Of a DNA stretch of 64,000 bases, positions 1-14,100 are shown piece after piece. The notes under the pieces were generated by a model, which saw nothing but the letters and a program-made list of their open reading frames with translations, searched no databases and was not told the origin of the DNA. The stretch is from Albugo candida. Its lineage: Eukaryota. Position numbers and translations under genes: made by a program. The stretch covers positions 124,001 to 188,000 of the forward strand of contig JBDOQK010000002.1 in assembly GCA_040437565.1 (NCBI GenBank), given 5' to 3'. The number at the start of each line of letters is the position of its first letter. Positions within the stretch are counted from its first letter, which is position 1.

Positions 1-299
1 TGAACACGGATTTTTGAATAGAAAGCTCAAAGAATATGTCGTACTTTGGTCTCTTAAATTATTTCGATCTAACCATACTGTATATGCAAGTATGAACTAA
101 GACGTTCGATGGTATGAGGCAAACACAAGGACGCGATAAAAGATAATATCAAGCTGTCCGACACTGAAGTCGGGTACAATCGATGAACTCCTTAAAGTTC
201 ATTCGACAACTGAAGCCTAACTCGCACGCATTGCATCGTATGTGAAGTTTGAATGCGATAATCATCATTATTGTGCAGTATAAGCAACACTTCAAGCTG

Positions 300-2050
300 G
301 AAAAGCGCGATTCATCTTTAATATGAAAGGATATTATGGCCAAAAAAAAATTAAAGACTGAAAATAAGTTTTCAGCCAGCGTGCATCTTGAGGATAATCG
401 CCAAGTTCGATCAGCTCGGCTCAAATCCGATCTACAACCCAATTTTCCACGGTCAAGCATTGAACGTATCAAACCAAGAATTATAATGGGCAAACAGCCT
501 TTTGGTGTGCGCTACAAATGGCACAAGACCGCACATCTTGTTCATGGTATGCCATTTAATTCAACACATAAGCAATCGATTAAACAACACTGGAAGGCCG
601 CGTCTCGAGTTACGATATCAAAATTTCATTGTATGGCTATGCAAGAAATAGCAATTTTCTCTTCGGGCACACAAAACCGCCAAATTTAGTGTTACTTCTT
701 TATAGGGCTAGTCAAGATTGACAACTTCCCGCTTCCAGCGATGCAGGTTATGCCGCATGGATCAATAGCTGAAGATCGACAACAGGTATCCTGGTGGAAA
801 TAACTGGATCACGAGTAAAATACAAGATCAAAATTACAAAGACTTTGGGCTCACTGACAAAGCGACACATTTGGACATTGGCTTGATCTTAAAAAAGTCA
901 TTTTGATCAAGATTCTGCTTGTGAAAGTTGGACATATAGCAAGGATCTGCATCTCCTTTTATATTAAGACAGCAAGACTGCTGCTGCTGGAGTGGATCTA
1001 AAACACATTGACCTGCACGATCTTTGTGTTAAATACCTCGCTTTCTTTCAAAGTGCGCGAGCAGCTGTTGCACTTTGCTATGACTCGAATGCAAGCATCG
1101 ATGTAGCTGTATAAAGTTGTGAATGACTTAACGCCGTCGTTACACAAGAAAGCAAGCACCAAAAAGGCTGTATCAAGGCAGCGTGGATATTACTGTAGAC
1201 AGATTACCAGCGCTTGTACCCAAGAGTGCGTGTTTCTTGATCGCGTCCGCAATTCCTATCTCGAGCAGAACGCATTGCTCAGTCTTCCATTTCGACTGGT
1301 CGGATGTAGTTTCTTCTTTTTGTTAGAGACGACGACCACAGTCTCATCATTAAACTGCTTCGGTGTAACACGAGGATNNNNNNNNNNNNNNNNNNNNNNN
1401 NNNNNNNNNNNNNNNNNNNNNNNNNNNNNNNNNNNNNNNNNNNNNNNNNNNNNNNNNNNNNNNNNNNNNNNNNNNNNAGCGATTATTAAACGAAAAAGAT
1501 GTGATCTGGGCCTGATCGAGCACTCTTTTAGGGCTCTTGTGATCTGGGAAGACATTCTGTGCTCGAAGCGTACATCACTAATATGATGACATTTTCGTAA
1601 AGAAACAAACTATTGCAAATTACTGCCGCACTTTCCCTGTTATTGTAGCATCTTATCCATGACTCGAGGCCTTGTGCAATTATTCAAATCTGTTAGCATT
1701 TTCCACAGAATTTTGTATGCATTATCGCAAGCATTCTACCGACATCATCGTCATGAACCGCTGCACAATATCTCACTCATGCATGCGAGTAGAGAGAAGG
1801 AGTACAAGCGCTTTTGCCGCTTAATCGACGCATGACTTGCCTTATCTTCTGGATCTGAAGCGACTCATGCTTTCCGTTGTTAACATTCTGTACCGGTAGC
1901 TCAAATTGTCATAATGAGCATGTTGAGACCACGTTCATAACGGATTGATGTATACTTCATTATCCGAATTACACGTTCTATACCTTGGGTAAGTACACGT
2001 GTTCCTACAACGTCATATGACTGGCTTGCGGAGCTATCGTGCTAGGGGAA
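300..2050 (+). pseudogene. Decayed divergent Hsp70-like family member (copy 1)
   Basis: Fragments in Hsp70 order: RIIMGKQPFGVRYKWHKTAHLV (~[22 protein letters not shown]), KILLVKVGHIARICISFYIKTA (~[21 protein letters not shown]), VKYLAFFQSARAAVAL (~LNVLRIINEPTAAAIA), NASIDVAV (~GGTFDVSI). Multiple frameshifts. Confidence 0.4.
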
Positions 2051-2159
2051 AGGCTTAAAAGCAGGGTAGGGAACTAAGGAGCTTTCCAAATAATAAAACG
2101 CTGTTCAGTTTTCACGAACTCCACGGCACGAATCCAGAAGATACGCGCGCATATTTGGT

Positions 2160-5100
2160 ACTGTGCGATTACAGACGATATGGGCAATTTTTCGGCGACA
2201 TAATGCCCATATCGTCTGTAATCGCACAGTATCAAATCTGCGCGCGCATCTCCTTGAGTCAAGCTACCGGGTACTGAATATTAATTACGGAAAGCATGAG
2301 TCTACTTCATATCAACTTCCAGAGGGCTCTTTTTTTAAAAAGACAAACAGCTATGGTAGAGCTGATCCCGACGTGTCTTATCGTTGTTGATGGAGGGTAC
2401 TTGCTTGCAAGATCGAGGGTGGTAGGCAGGTTCATTTTCTGAAAAGCGAAATTGTGAAGGGAACACGAATTAAATTCGTCGTTATGCAAACGAGCTGACA
2501 CTTTATTTGGCAAAGATAAACGGCGGATTTCTCAGGACTGATGACGCTGTTCACCCTAAATTATCCAAAGAAGACTGTCCGCAAGAAATCAAAAATTCTT
2601 ACATGAATGCGGAATTGTTCAAGCATCCAGCTCACGAAATGCGAGAGTTTTCGGTCAGAATGTAACAGAAGCGAAAGTAATCCATGTTCTGCTTCAGTTG
2701 CCAGGAAATGCTTGGAAACGACAAAAAAAAGTACCTAAAGATATTACACGTCTATATGCGGAGAGATTGCGAGATGTTGACATGACTGCTATCCATACGT
2801 ATAAAAAGCTGGAAGCGTTTTTTTAATCTCCTTTACCTATAAGATTTCCGGCCAATAAATAAAGATTGATCAACGAATGTCCGAAGTTTTTCGAGGATTT
2901 TGAAGACAAATACATCGAAGCAATTTTCGGTGGTTAGAGGTGACGCCCTGCCTGGGTCATGCCCACAGCGTCTAATTCTGACGGCTCTTTAATCCGGTTT
3001 TTTAAGACCCTCCAGCTCGGCACCTTCAATGTTCGCGGAATAACGTCGAACATAAAGCAGACATGCTTGGGGAAAGATCGCGCGCGGTACAAATTGGACG
3101 TATGTGCTCTGCAGGAGACTAAAATGAAAGAAGCTCTCGTCGACGTCCGACGGCCAACCGATCGAATCATACTTCTTCCTTCAGCGAAACCCTATTACGG
3201 CCTTGGATTTATATTGCCCGATAGAGTTGGTAATCATGTGCATCGGTATTGGATGGTCAGCGAACGCATCGCCGTATTACAGTTGAACTCTCAAAGAAAG
3301 TCACGGTTTCATTCATCAACGTCTATGCCCCGCATAAGGGACGCTCTGCAGACGAATCTGATGCTTTTTATGACACACTTCAGCAAACAATACAGCGCTT
3401 TCGTCACCAGCTTTTCTTCATTTTGGGAGACTTCAACGCCAAAATTGGGCAGCGATGCGAAGGAGAGACTTTTTTGGGTTTATACTCGCGCGGATACTGA
3501 AATGATAATGGTATTCGGCTCTGGGATTTTTGTGCAGACAACGACCTCTTCCTGTCAAACACAACTTTCTTCAAAAGACGCGCACGCAATATCACCACAT
3601 GGCAAGGCACTAGCAAAGGGAGTCNNNNNNNNNNNNNNNNNNNNNNNNNNNNNNNNNNNNNNNNNNNNNNNNNNNNNNNNNNNNNNNNNNNNNNNNNNNN
3701 NNNNNNNNNNNNNNNNNNNNNNNNTCTTTGACTATCAATGTCAGCAAAACAGAGCGAACGACTATTGCTCGTGCGCCGAACGCAACCGAGGAAAGTTGGC
3801 GTAACGTTCGCAAATTGGGATCACTACTTGGCGATTCTGAAGATGTACAGATACGTAAAGCTCATGCAACAGCTTCCTTCAAAAGATTTTGGAAAGTATG
3901 GATTCACTCTCACTTACTCCCAGAAACACTACGCGTTCGCTTACACAATATCTATGTGTTACCTATCCTACTGTGACAACTGTGGAACATGGGGTCTCAC
4001 AGAAGGCGACATTGGCAGTCTTGAAGCGTATCACCGACGTCACCTTCACCGCATCCTCCGCATCCACTACCCTCAGCAAATCAGCAACGCGGACCTATAC
4101 AAGCGCTGTACACAAAACCGCTTCGAATCCACCTGACGATGTCTCGCTGGAGACTCTTTGGTCATATTTTCCTCCGCGCACAGCCTATTCCAGCTCAAAT
4201 AAACATGCTTCGATATTATGATTCTGCTGGTAATTTGCCGACTCATCGGGGCCGCACACCTACTTGCCTCCCTGCCGTTCTCGACAAGGATCTACGGCTC
4301 GACATAACTTCCAGTCTACGTCTCCGCAATACCGTAGATCTTTACGCCCTATCAAATATAGCACAAGACCGCGCATTATGGAAAGAACGTACTCAGCGTC
4401 TCTGCAATAGCCAGGAACTAATTTACCGGAATAAAGAAACAGTCGGGCGAAAGCGAAAGCTAGAGTCTGCTAATACGGACTTGATGCCGCCGCGTAAACG
4501 AACAGAATATTACATCGAAGCAAATGTACAAATATTCATTTATGAGATATGCTGATCCGAACTACGGTTAAAGAAACGGCAGTTCTCCTGAAAATGTTTA
4601 TTCAAGTTGGTAGAAATCAAATAGAAAAATCCACTACAATACGTTCAAAGCGGCCAAATTTCTGTTGTAGCTGATTGATGTTTTGGAAATCAAAGTAGAA
4701 GAAAAATGACCTAAAGGGGAATTTGGCGCGTCAAAAGTGGAAGGGGAGTTTCTGTTTGCATATGCCGCGGCCAATTCATGGGTGCAATTTCTTATCATGG
4801 ATCGTTCGGTGAATGTTCATCCATTATCAAAAGCGCTTGATGATGCACTTTTTTAGAGCATCACATTCGATGTGTTGTTTCATCGATCAAAAATTTGTTG
4901 GAGGCTCAACCAGTACCATTCTCTATTACCATGCGGATATTTGGCATTGCACAAGAAAATGCCAAGAAATAACGGAAGTATTACACTCTACGAATATCAC
5001 TTGTTCAAAGAACTCGACCAATACCCTTACGATTTTAAAGCAGTGATGGCTATCTGTGAAGCAATAGGCCGGAACCAAATCAAACGTACTGTTCGTTGCC

Positions 5101-5520
5101 ACTTGATTAGATTAAACGATCGTTCAAATCGCGGTCAGCCGGTTCTAAAAAGCTATCAAGCAATGATTCAGAGCTGATTCCTACGTTAATTTGTGTCGAT
5201 CGTGCTCTTGTTGGTTTGAATGCACTGGGATATGCTCATAGAGATATCCGCTGGCCAAATATTTTGTGTTTGGGAGACGATTCGTGCATTCTGGCTTATT
5301 TTGAAACGCTGGACACGTCTGTGTTCGGATGCCTGATACATTGTTAAAATCGAAAGTACTCGACGCCTTGGTGAAGTCTGAGAGTTATAGGCATGAATAT
5401 CGGTATTGATGGTACCAGCGATCCAGCCTTAGCGCAATCACAGATGAGTTTGCAGAGTTATAATGTGGAAGAAAGATTTACAGTGGAAGTAGCGCTGACT
5501 TTCCTTTCAAACTTTCTTAG
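2160..5520 (+). pseudogene. Crinkler (CRN)-like gene relic with C-terminal protein-kinase-like domain, interrupted by a LINE
   Basis: Translation of ~5162-5308 gives LNALGYAHRDIRWPNILCLGDDSCILAYFE (HRD catalytic loop, eroded DFE). ~4580-4860 gives KRPNFCC and GEFLFAYAAANSWVQF, typical of CRN C-terminal modules. ~5480 gives ERFTVEVAL (kinase subdomain XI-like). Many stops and frameshifts. No clear LFLAK motif, so the 5' boundary is uncertain. Confidence 0.6.
2924..4510 (+). mobile_element. Non-LTR retrotransposon (RTE-like, APE-RT), degenerate; RT core mostly lost in the gap
   Basis: APE motifs GTFNVRG, CALQET, INVYAP and ILGDFNA. Post-RT tail RHLHRILRIHYPQQISNADLY...RWRLFGHI. Flanked by identical 13-bp TACATCGAAGCAA at 2911-2923 and 4511-4523. 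Confidence 0.9.
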
Positions 5521-5639
5521 AAGAGTAAAATATGATTGTCTGAATGTAATGGAGCAATGTGTTCACATGCATCGTCTTTCGCGGATGATTTTCAGGCGAT
5601 ATTTTGGGAAAAAGTGCAGTAAGCGAGACAAACTGGTCA

Positions 5640-7620
5640 GGTTGTTCCGAGTTATTTGAATTTGCGTTTTTGATTTCAGCTTTGCGGATTAAATCGGCCA
5701 TTGTCTTGCATGACAATGACACTTTTGTTCCTAGAACTTTTGTGCTTATCACTCTGAAACCTGAGTGTACTAGCTCATTTCGGTGACGAAATGCATGAAT
5801 GCTGCTGTTGTGATGATCGTCTCAGACTACTTTTCGTAATTGATTACATATGATGAGAATCGCGGGACGAATGCTTATATGGATTCAGTTTCTTAAAGAG
5901 TCTGAATCGAACAAAGCTCATTGCTTCATTGCCATCCACTACAAATATAGCTTTTTTCTCTTTGCGCTCCCAGTCTAAGACTAGATTCAATAAGACCATT
6001 ACTCAACCAAACACCGGAGCGTTCCGGCGGATTCAAGGACTCAAACCTTATCCGCAAAACGTTTACATCAAAAATCAGACGCCCGTTCAGCAAAATATGG
6101 ATAGAGGTATCCGTTGTATTCAGTCCTGCGAGACAACTCGATGTTTGAGAATCATTTCATAGATCCTCTCAAAGCTCAGCGTCATAATTGCCTTCAAGCC
6201 TTCAAGCGTTCAAACCTTCAAGTCGCAATACTCTCAGATGTTACTTCGTCTTGTTGAGCAGCACTATCGGGTGGTCGCAAGCAAAAGTAACCTCATTTTC
6301 TAGATAGGAATATTGTGGTGAATTGATGTGCAATAATAGGGTACATGTGGCCGAAGACCGTAGTACTACATCATTTTACTATAAGCTTGAAACTTCACGA
6401 CCACTTTGTGTAGTTTTTTGCTCTTCCTTGCAAAGATGCGCTGGTTTGTGGGTGTTACAAGTATGATCAAAAGAGGCAATTTCTACAGGAATAAAAAAGA
6501 AAACATCCCGGTACCTCTCAAGTAAATACTAAACCTAAGAGGCAAACATGGAGCTTCTTGACACCCGTGGATGGGGACTTCATGCAAGATCATATTGCTC
6601 AAATTTTAAAGCTGTAGACAATATCAAGACTTAATTACTATAATCGGATAATGATCTTGTCTCCACTGAAGGCTCTGCTTTCAACATACAATCCAAAGAC
6701 TTCGATGTCCTTCGTCGAATAGTCGATAAACTGGCTGATCTGCTGTTTATTGGTGCACCGAAAAAGAATTTAATCTTTGTTTTGTAGCGTTCCGAAATCT
6801 AGCTTAAGACAGGGTAAGTGCATTTACTTGGTTTTATCTCTGTACGAAACGTTGTTAGACAATGGTGAACATTCTATGTGGCCCAAATGTATCCCATTAT
6901 AATTTTTCGAAGCCTTAGTGGGTAAGCAAGTATCTTGCTTTAGATCTTCAATTATTGTTGTCGCTTTCACAGCTTGCACCTTGGCTAAAATTCCCTATTT
7001 ACAACATGGAAGTATCATTAATTTCCATGTTGAAATTTATAGAGATTAGATACATTTTAGTAGTCAGTCACGACGGCTTGAACACTACTGTTTCGGAAAG
7101 GGCGCTCAAGTTATTTCTCATTCCTAAGCTCATTCCAGATCACCATTTATCAGTGCTAAAAAGGTTATACTCATTTTTAGTTCTGAATATTGGAGATTGC
7201 TCATAGCATTATATAAAAGTTTACACATATCGTGTGAAAAACAGATCGATGCGGCAAAGGCATATGTAGACAACGGAAAAGACGCTGAGGAACGTCGATC
7301 AAAATATCGCGTACACCAGGTCTTTATTCTAGGTATAATGTGTTACCTCTACTTCGTTGCTCTAATAGAGAGATACTACGCTCAACTTGGAAGACGCATT
7401 CAACCTTTAAATAAGTATAAGGCTGATTGCATATAGACGAAACTTTTTGAGAGCATTGTACCAGAAGGAAAAGAAAAAGATTTGCATGCAACGAAGAAGA
7501 AAAAGAGTGCATGGCGGTGCGCTACTTCGTTACTTGATGAAGTGTCGTTTAATCCAAGTTGACAGCATTACTCAGCCGTCACTTATATTGACGATATCCT
7601 TCGACGCTTGTCTGGATCTA
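5640..7620 (+). pseudogene. Decayed divergent Hsp70-like family member (copy 2) with signal-peptide-like start and CHxC-like remnant
   Basis: Hydrophobic LFEFAFLISALRIKSA. AAATGCATGAATGC at 5789-5802 is one base short of K-C-H-E-C. Then NFTTTLCSF...RWFVG, KDFDVLRRIVDKLADLLFIGAPKKNLIFVL, NMEVSLISMLKFIEIRYILVVSHDG and KSLHISCEK, collinear with Hsp70 NBD motifs. Confidence 0.5.
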
Positions 7621-8399
7621 CTATTTCATGGCGATATTAACAGCATGCCTTAGATGACACATCATGAAAACCCTTCCCAATACTTTTTCCTTGTCGAAAC
7701 GTCCACGACCAAAAGCTGATCTGGACTTGCAGATTCGTTCGTCAACGTTGTTGGTACGATCTTGTTCAAAAGGTGAAGGAAATCCTGGAGAATTTTGATG
7801 CTTTCGACCCCAAGTGCCATTAGAATACTGCCAGCTACGAGTTTCTGTCACAAAGTTCTTCGACCACAAATCGCATCAACTTGATGGCCTGAGCATGTGA
7901 AACCTGTATTTCTTCATTCCGAAAGAGTAATCTTCTCCACTGCCATCACACCTCTGCGTGTAGGCCGAAACTGTTGGTGGTGTTATGACCAATGTCAACC
8001 TAAAACTGGTACGTGCAACGGAGAAAGATAACTTTGCGCAGATCGGGAGAAGTGATCTGAAACAATTCATGTACAGGTTTAAATCTTACGTCGACAAAAC
8101 CTTGGCCGAGACGATCGAAGACCTCGACAAAAAACTGAGATCGATGCCGCTCGAGGTTGTTGGACTAGCTTGACGACAACCCAAGGAGCTGACAAGGGCG
8201 ATTTTTGAAGCCAATCAAAACGAGATGGAGAATATTCTAATCCGTTTATGGCTGTACTCAACGAAGGAGGTGATGGTTGCAGTGGAATTGAAGGGGAAGT
8301 GGAAGAAGTCACCGCGACGAATTGCAGGCGGAAGATTTAAAGCGCACCGATTCTTGCAGCGGTAGGAATAAATAAAATAGATACAGATTTTGAGGCATT

Positions 8400-10780
8400 C
8401 TCTTCCAAGTTTCTGGAGTGCCAACCATCGGTGAGATTAGTTCCTGCGACTTCTAGGATGAGGAAAGAATTCAGTTCGCCCTCTTGCATGTGGTTTGTCC
8501 GATCGACTAGAAAGATTAATTTTGGTCGAGAATCGCTTCCTTTTCTCGTCGCGAATGCACCACTTATATTCCCGCTTCTTTGCCATTAAGCTTTGTTGCC
8601 CATGAATAGTGGAGACTCGAGAACATCCGGAGATTTATCTCTATACGATTGGTAGATACTCGAGCTCTCGTTCAGTTGGTGGTGTTTATTAGTAGAGTCA
8701 GACTAATTGACTTTTCTGGTTGCCTGGGCTGTCTTGAAGAACATGTAAACATACGAAAAACTTCCTGGAAATACGTCTGGGATACGATTAATGTCTTCTC
8801 GTTGATAGTCCTGCACTGCGGTAGCCTCAACCACCACAGTACGAGATTGTTTCCAGCGTATGAATAATATGAAAGTTATGAAAGCACCGTCTTTCGCAAA
8901 TTGGTGAGCGCCACGCCAGACTGAACACCATCCAAGTAGGACTAGGATCCAAGTTGCACTTGCATTTTTACTTGTCTGTGCCGCACTCACAGCAATGATC
9001 TTCGACTTTTGAGAAACTCACCAAATGATCCTTGCGCTGTGAGCTAAACACCTTTAGCGAGCCGAATGCGTTCATCTTAATCGCAACACCGTCTTCGGAA
9101 GTACCGAACGTGTGCACTTAACGTGGTATACATCACGGGAGGTGCTGGAACTGTCGGAGTTGTTGATCGCTGGTAGAACGAACAACAATTCCGATCGATC
9201 CAGATGAAGTGCAGAGTCACTGCTTGCAATGCAAGCCATACATCGGATATAATTTGCCGATAATGTTTTCATGCCAGCCGAAGTGTTGGCACAATTGCGC
9301 ATGCACTATACTCGCAAAATACGCACACGATATATACCTTGGCAAAGCTCCGGTTCTGATGCGAGTCTCTGCATCATTGTGGCGCTCGACCATCGCGTCC
9401 AACGTGATCATGATAAGAAATACTGATCCCAACTAGGTAGAGACTCTCCATAATTTTGATGTGTGATTCACTCTAGAACGAGATGTTGATCGAACTCCAC
9501 AATCCACTACCCCGCACGAAAGCTGCGTGCACAATACAATGTTGAGAAGTCCTTTAAGAACCAGAAACGAGATCAAAGTGGCGACATCCGAGAGGCCATA
9601 AGAAACTGTAGATTTTCGAAAGTCGAACAGACACGATTCCGAAGATGCCGTAATTTAGCCATAATGGGTCAACTTGTACTAATCCATTGCGTCCGATCTC
9701 TCCCGTAATGACCAATGTGTCAAATTCGGATGACTCTTGTTGTTTCGGGAGGTTCTCAGAAGAGTTGTGAAAGTTGAGAGCGTGGAACAGATGGGAAATA
9801 ATATTCCCTCTCCTTGCTTTGTACCCCCACATAAAACGATATGCCACCTGTATTTGGTTGGATTCAAGTGACGAGACCAGTCGACTTCATTGTGAAGTCG
9901 ACGCAATAACTTTTCTTGAGTCATATGCGATGTTTCATCTCTTCGACGTTGTGATATATGTCGACCGACTGTTTCCTTCATTAGCCATATGTCACTTTCT
10001 TGGAAAAATCTTGGAGACTTCGGATATGCATTGTAGCGAATGATTTCCGAAACGTCCGATGTGGTTCGTCGACCATGCCAAGATTTCAACAAACGTTTTT
10101 CATACTCGGATTACGAGTAGCAGCTTCGTAATGTCTTTTTTAATCGCAGTGAAACCACATAGGTTGTTCCATGTAGTAGTGACGACATTGGAGAACATCT
10201 AAATCTGCTATTGTAATCCTCCAATCCATCTGATGCCATATTTTGAATGCATTCTTTTACCAAGAATTTGTCCTCTCCTATTAAAACATGGTCACGTATC
10301 GATGTGGTGCGATGGTGAATATATATGTCCATCGGCTTGTGTGGTCTAAAGATGGGTTGGATTAGTTGTAATAATTTTGTCAAAGCAGTTGTACAATTCG
10401 CGGAAAAGTATTGTCAACGTATGGGATGCGAACTGCTGGGGAGTTGAATGGAATGCGTTGTAGCTTGAGTCGCCCTACCAGAAAACGAGCTTGTACTTCA
10501 CCATCTTCTTGGCAGAGATACAAAAACTCTCTTCTATTCAGGTCAACGTGCTTCGAATCTTTTTGTGTTTCCGACCAAGCACAAATCTATTAGGCATCGA
10601 GTGCCAGTTTTTAGATAGGCCTTGCTGGCATGTCCATGTGCATCGTGCAATGCCACAGACGTGATAAACTTATCGTCTACGCAACCAGTACTTGACCACG
10701 GACAGTTCGTGCACGTTGAAACCATACACCAAACCCGTCAAATTAAAAATGAAAAATAAATGTGCTTAAAGAGAGTCGAA
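8400..10780 (-). pseudogene. Decayed divergent Hsp70-like family member (copy 3) with signal-peptide-like start
   Basis: Signal-like STFIF..LTGLVYG/FNV, then GTRCLID (CxxCL-like). Then YRFMWGYKARRGNIISH, VITGEIGRNGLVQVDP, SVFLIMITLDAMVERHNDAETRIRTGALPRYIS (~[32 protein letters not shown]) and HTFGTSEDGVAIKMNAFGSLKV, in Hsp70 order. Confidence 0.45.
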
Positions 10781-10804
10781 ATAATATCGAATGAGTCGGT
10801 GTCT

Positions 10805-11186
10805 GGCCCAACGGAGTACCCAAATACTTGACCGGACCCATCATGGTCAAATTAGGAATTCGAGGACACGGCATGGTCTTATTCAACGAGAGAAAGCATG
10901 TTTTGCTCATTTTCATCTTCGGATCAGATCCACTGCAATAGACTTGAATGAAGTCGATTTCCACCATAACAGCATTTGGTGATTCTGCAAGCAATGTCGA
11001 ATCGCAGGAAAATAATAATTCAGTTGCGACAGCGGCGGCATTGATTCACATATCATATTGCTAATGCTGACGAAGTGAATTTCCCGAAGGTTCGATCTTC
11101 TTGAGGGAGGATCGACTTGTCACTCCACGTTGTGGTGTAATGCATGGTGTGATATTTTATTGTCATTGATAATAAGCTGCGCCTTC
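10805..11186 (-). mobile_element. 3' part of the RT domain of a Tx1/L1-like LINE (continuation of 16172-18950)
   Basis: Minus-strand translation: KAQLIIN, PQRGV, IEPSGNSLRQH, LLFSCDSTLLAES (eroded FADD), YCSGS...MSKT, VKYLGTPLG. Confidence 0.8.
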
Positions 11187-14100
11187 TTTTAGTTGGAAAG
11201 GGATGAGATCGAGAAATAAGGTATTCTTTTTTAAGAATAATGAACAGTCTAATAACCTATTCTTCTTGTCTACCTGAGCTATTGGTATGCCGCACACTCA
11301 TGTCAAAACAGGCCGTCGAAACCAGTTTTTCGCTCTTGCAACTGAACTTTAGATTCTTTCACTCCTCCTCGACCCCCTCGTGACTGTGATCTTCTTGTTG
11401 GCGAAGCCAAATAAACTCTCGCAATTCCATCAGTCTCGATGCCGGGAGTGCTTTGGTTAGGAGTTACACCATCATCATTCGTGATTCGACGTACAATGGT
11501 GCGACAATTCTTCGTTTGGCGGAATCGCGAATAAACTTCACTCGAATATTCACGTGTTTTGCGCTTGTCATACTGTCTGGTGACTCCAGCTGCTTGATGA
11601 CTTCCTGGTTATCCATCTTCATGGTCATTGTCTCGCGGACCATGAATCTAATCTCTTCCACGAGCTCACGTAGTCCCAAAAGCTCCCGTCCACCATGGCG
11701 GCTGAATTCACTTCAGCCGCCATGGTGGAAAGGGATATACCAGTCTGCTTCTTGCAAGTCTATTGTACGATCGCGTCATTCGTCGTATCACTCCAACCGT
11801 AATGGAATTCCGATCTTACTTGTCATTTGCGAAATCTGCGTCGATCCAGCTCTCATGCAAAAGCTCATCTGCGTCCAACGCACTTATTTGCATGTACAGC
11901 TTCAATTCCTTTGAACCCTTTAGATAGCGAGCGACCTATTTCGCTAATTCCCAGTCTTGTAGAGTCGGCTGGCGGGCTCGTCGCGGCGCCTTGTGAACGG
12001 CGAACTTTATGTCCGGCCACATGCAGTGCGAATCCATAAAAATTCCAACAAGAGACTGAAAATCGCGGATACTTGGCTCACCTGGTAATCCTTCCGTCAC
12101 CAGATACTTCATCTCACCCGCTTCAGCTTCATTTCTATCCTCGCTTGCTGAAATTTGTACTCCGTTCGCTTTAGCCAATTCATGCTTCACCAGAAATTCT
12201 TGAATATTCGCCTGCGGATCAAGCGTTTAGCCATCCCCTTCAACTTAGCTCAACGCGCGTTCCCAAAAAAATCCTTACTACATCGAGATCCTTTATTGAG
12301 AGTGGACCAATTAAAACAAAAAATCTTCCACTAGCGTCTGTAGCGATGCCGTAACCAAGAGATCATCGACATAAACCCCTACAACAATCATCTCGATACC
12401 CGATCGATTGAAGTACAAACACATGTCCGTATTACAGCGTGCAAACCCTGCGTCTTTCAGTTTTCCATGTAGTAGCTTGCTCCTTAATCATTCTTGCTGC
12501 TTGATTCCGTATAGCGAGTTTTTCGAACGCAATGCAGCGTGGCTCCACGTATCCGCACCCAACTGCCGCGTAGCTTATGCTCGAATTTCCATACCTTGCG
12601 GTACACGCAGATAAATCTTCAAATGCTCTTCCTTTTCTGCCTTTGCATAGACGTCTCGGATGTTCTCGTGCCTTGCCGGCACACCCCATTTCCTTGCAAG
12701 AACCAGTACCATTTTACGTTACTGATCTCCATAACGGCGGTAAATGTAAGTCCGTGATCGACCCCGAATAATTTCTCGTTCCCGCAGGCGACGAGTCTCG
12801 CTTTGTAACGTTCTATCATTCCATCCGCGTCGGTATTCTTCTTGAGGACCCACTTGGTGTGTAGTACATGGCTATCGATGGGAGGTTCCTCCGCTGTCCA
12901 TACGCTATTCTCCATCAATTCCTGGAGCTCTTCCCTTATATCCACGACCCAATTGTCTTTTTAACTGCTACGCATAGCATGTCCGTAGCTTTTGGGATCT
13001 TCTTCACACACGCTGTTTACTACGTCAAACTCCTTCCTCGAATTATGTTCCATGTTGTTCTGATACTTCTGTTCCACATCTTCCTTTCGTGTCTTTGAAC
13101 ATCTACGATGCTCATATCGAGACCACGTACTCATCCGTCCTTGGCTTGTCTTCTTCTTTTTTAGTTTTTGGTCGCGATTCGGTAACGGTTTTCTTGCTGT
13201 CTCCTCTTCCGCCTCGTCTTCTTCAGCAACATGCACTCGGCGCAATTGCTCGCTTTGCCCACTCGTGAGCGTCTCAGCATTTCTTATATACTGAGTAACG
13301 ACAACAACATTGTCCTTGGGTATATATACTCGATACCCTTTCGTCTCATCGCTTCTTCCAGTAATTATGGCTGGTTTCCCACGCTCGCCTAGCGACTTGT
13401 TCTTCGCGTCACGGTGAACAGTAACTCCCGATGCAAACACCACAATATCACCAAGGTCCGGTGCTCTGTTCGTAAGCGTCTGTAGGGGTGACTTCCTTCC
13501 CAGATTAGATTTTCTGGGGCTTCTATTCAGGACGTAAGACACGTATCTCTCCACGTCTCCCCAGAGATAGAGAGGCAGGCGGCATGCATACATCATCCCA
13601 CGCACCTTATTCAAAATGGTGCGGTGCATACGTCTGCATTCCCATTACTGGCCTGATCTCGTGCTTCGATATTAGCGCGAGCAATTCCAGTTCCCTAAAA
13701 GAGAAGATCCACAGTCCGATACTCCCCACCACTACCCGTTGTCAGCAAGTGGATTCTGCAATTGAACTGATACTCAAAAAATCCATGAAGTGCTTGAACT
13801 TTTGCGTAGCGATGTCCTCGTTTGCGAGGAATATTCTACAGTAATTCGTTCGGTGATCGACGAATTTTATCATGTACCGATTTCCCAGCCTGTCCTTAGG
13901 ATTCATCGGTCCCTTCAGATCCGAGCAAATTACTCCGCAAACAACGTCGATCAGAGAATTGTCGCCTGTGTCCTTTCTTTTCTTAGCATTCTTTGTTTGT
14001 TTTATTTTAGCACACGGGAGGCAGTTTGCCTTTATCTGATCCGTGAGCAATATTCCCAAATCTGGGTCTTGCGCGATTCGAACGATCGTGCCGTAATTGA

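Noticed and set aside
7900-8340. Coding-like plus-strand fragment (MTNVNLKLVRATEK...)
   Set aside because: Possibly a TE or gene remnant, but no identifiable motif.
10684-10713. Literal CxxCxxxxxG (CTNCPWSSTG) in ORF 10543-10725
   Set aside because: Preceded by an in-frame stop and out of frame with the signal-like leader; probably coincidental.
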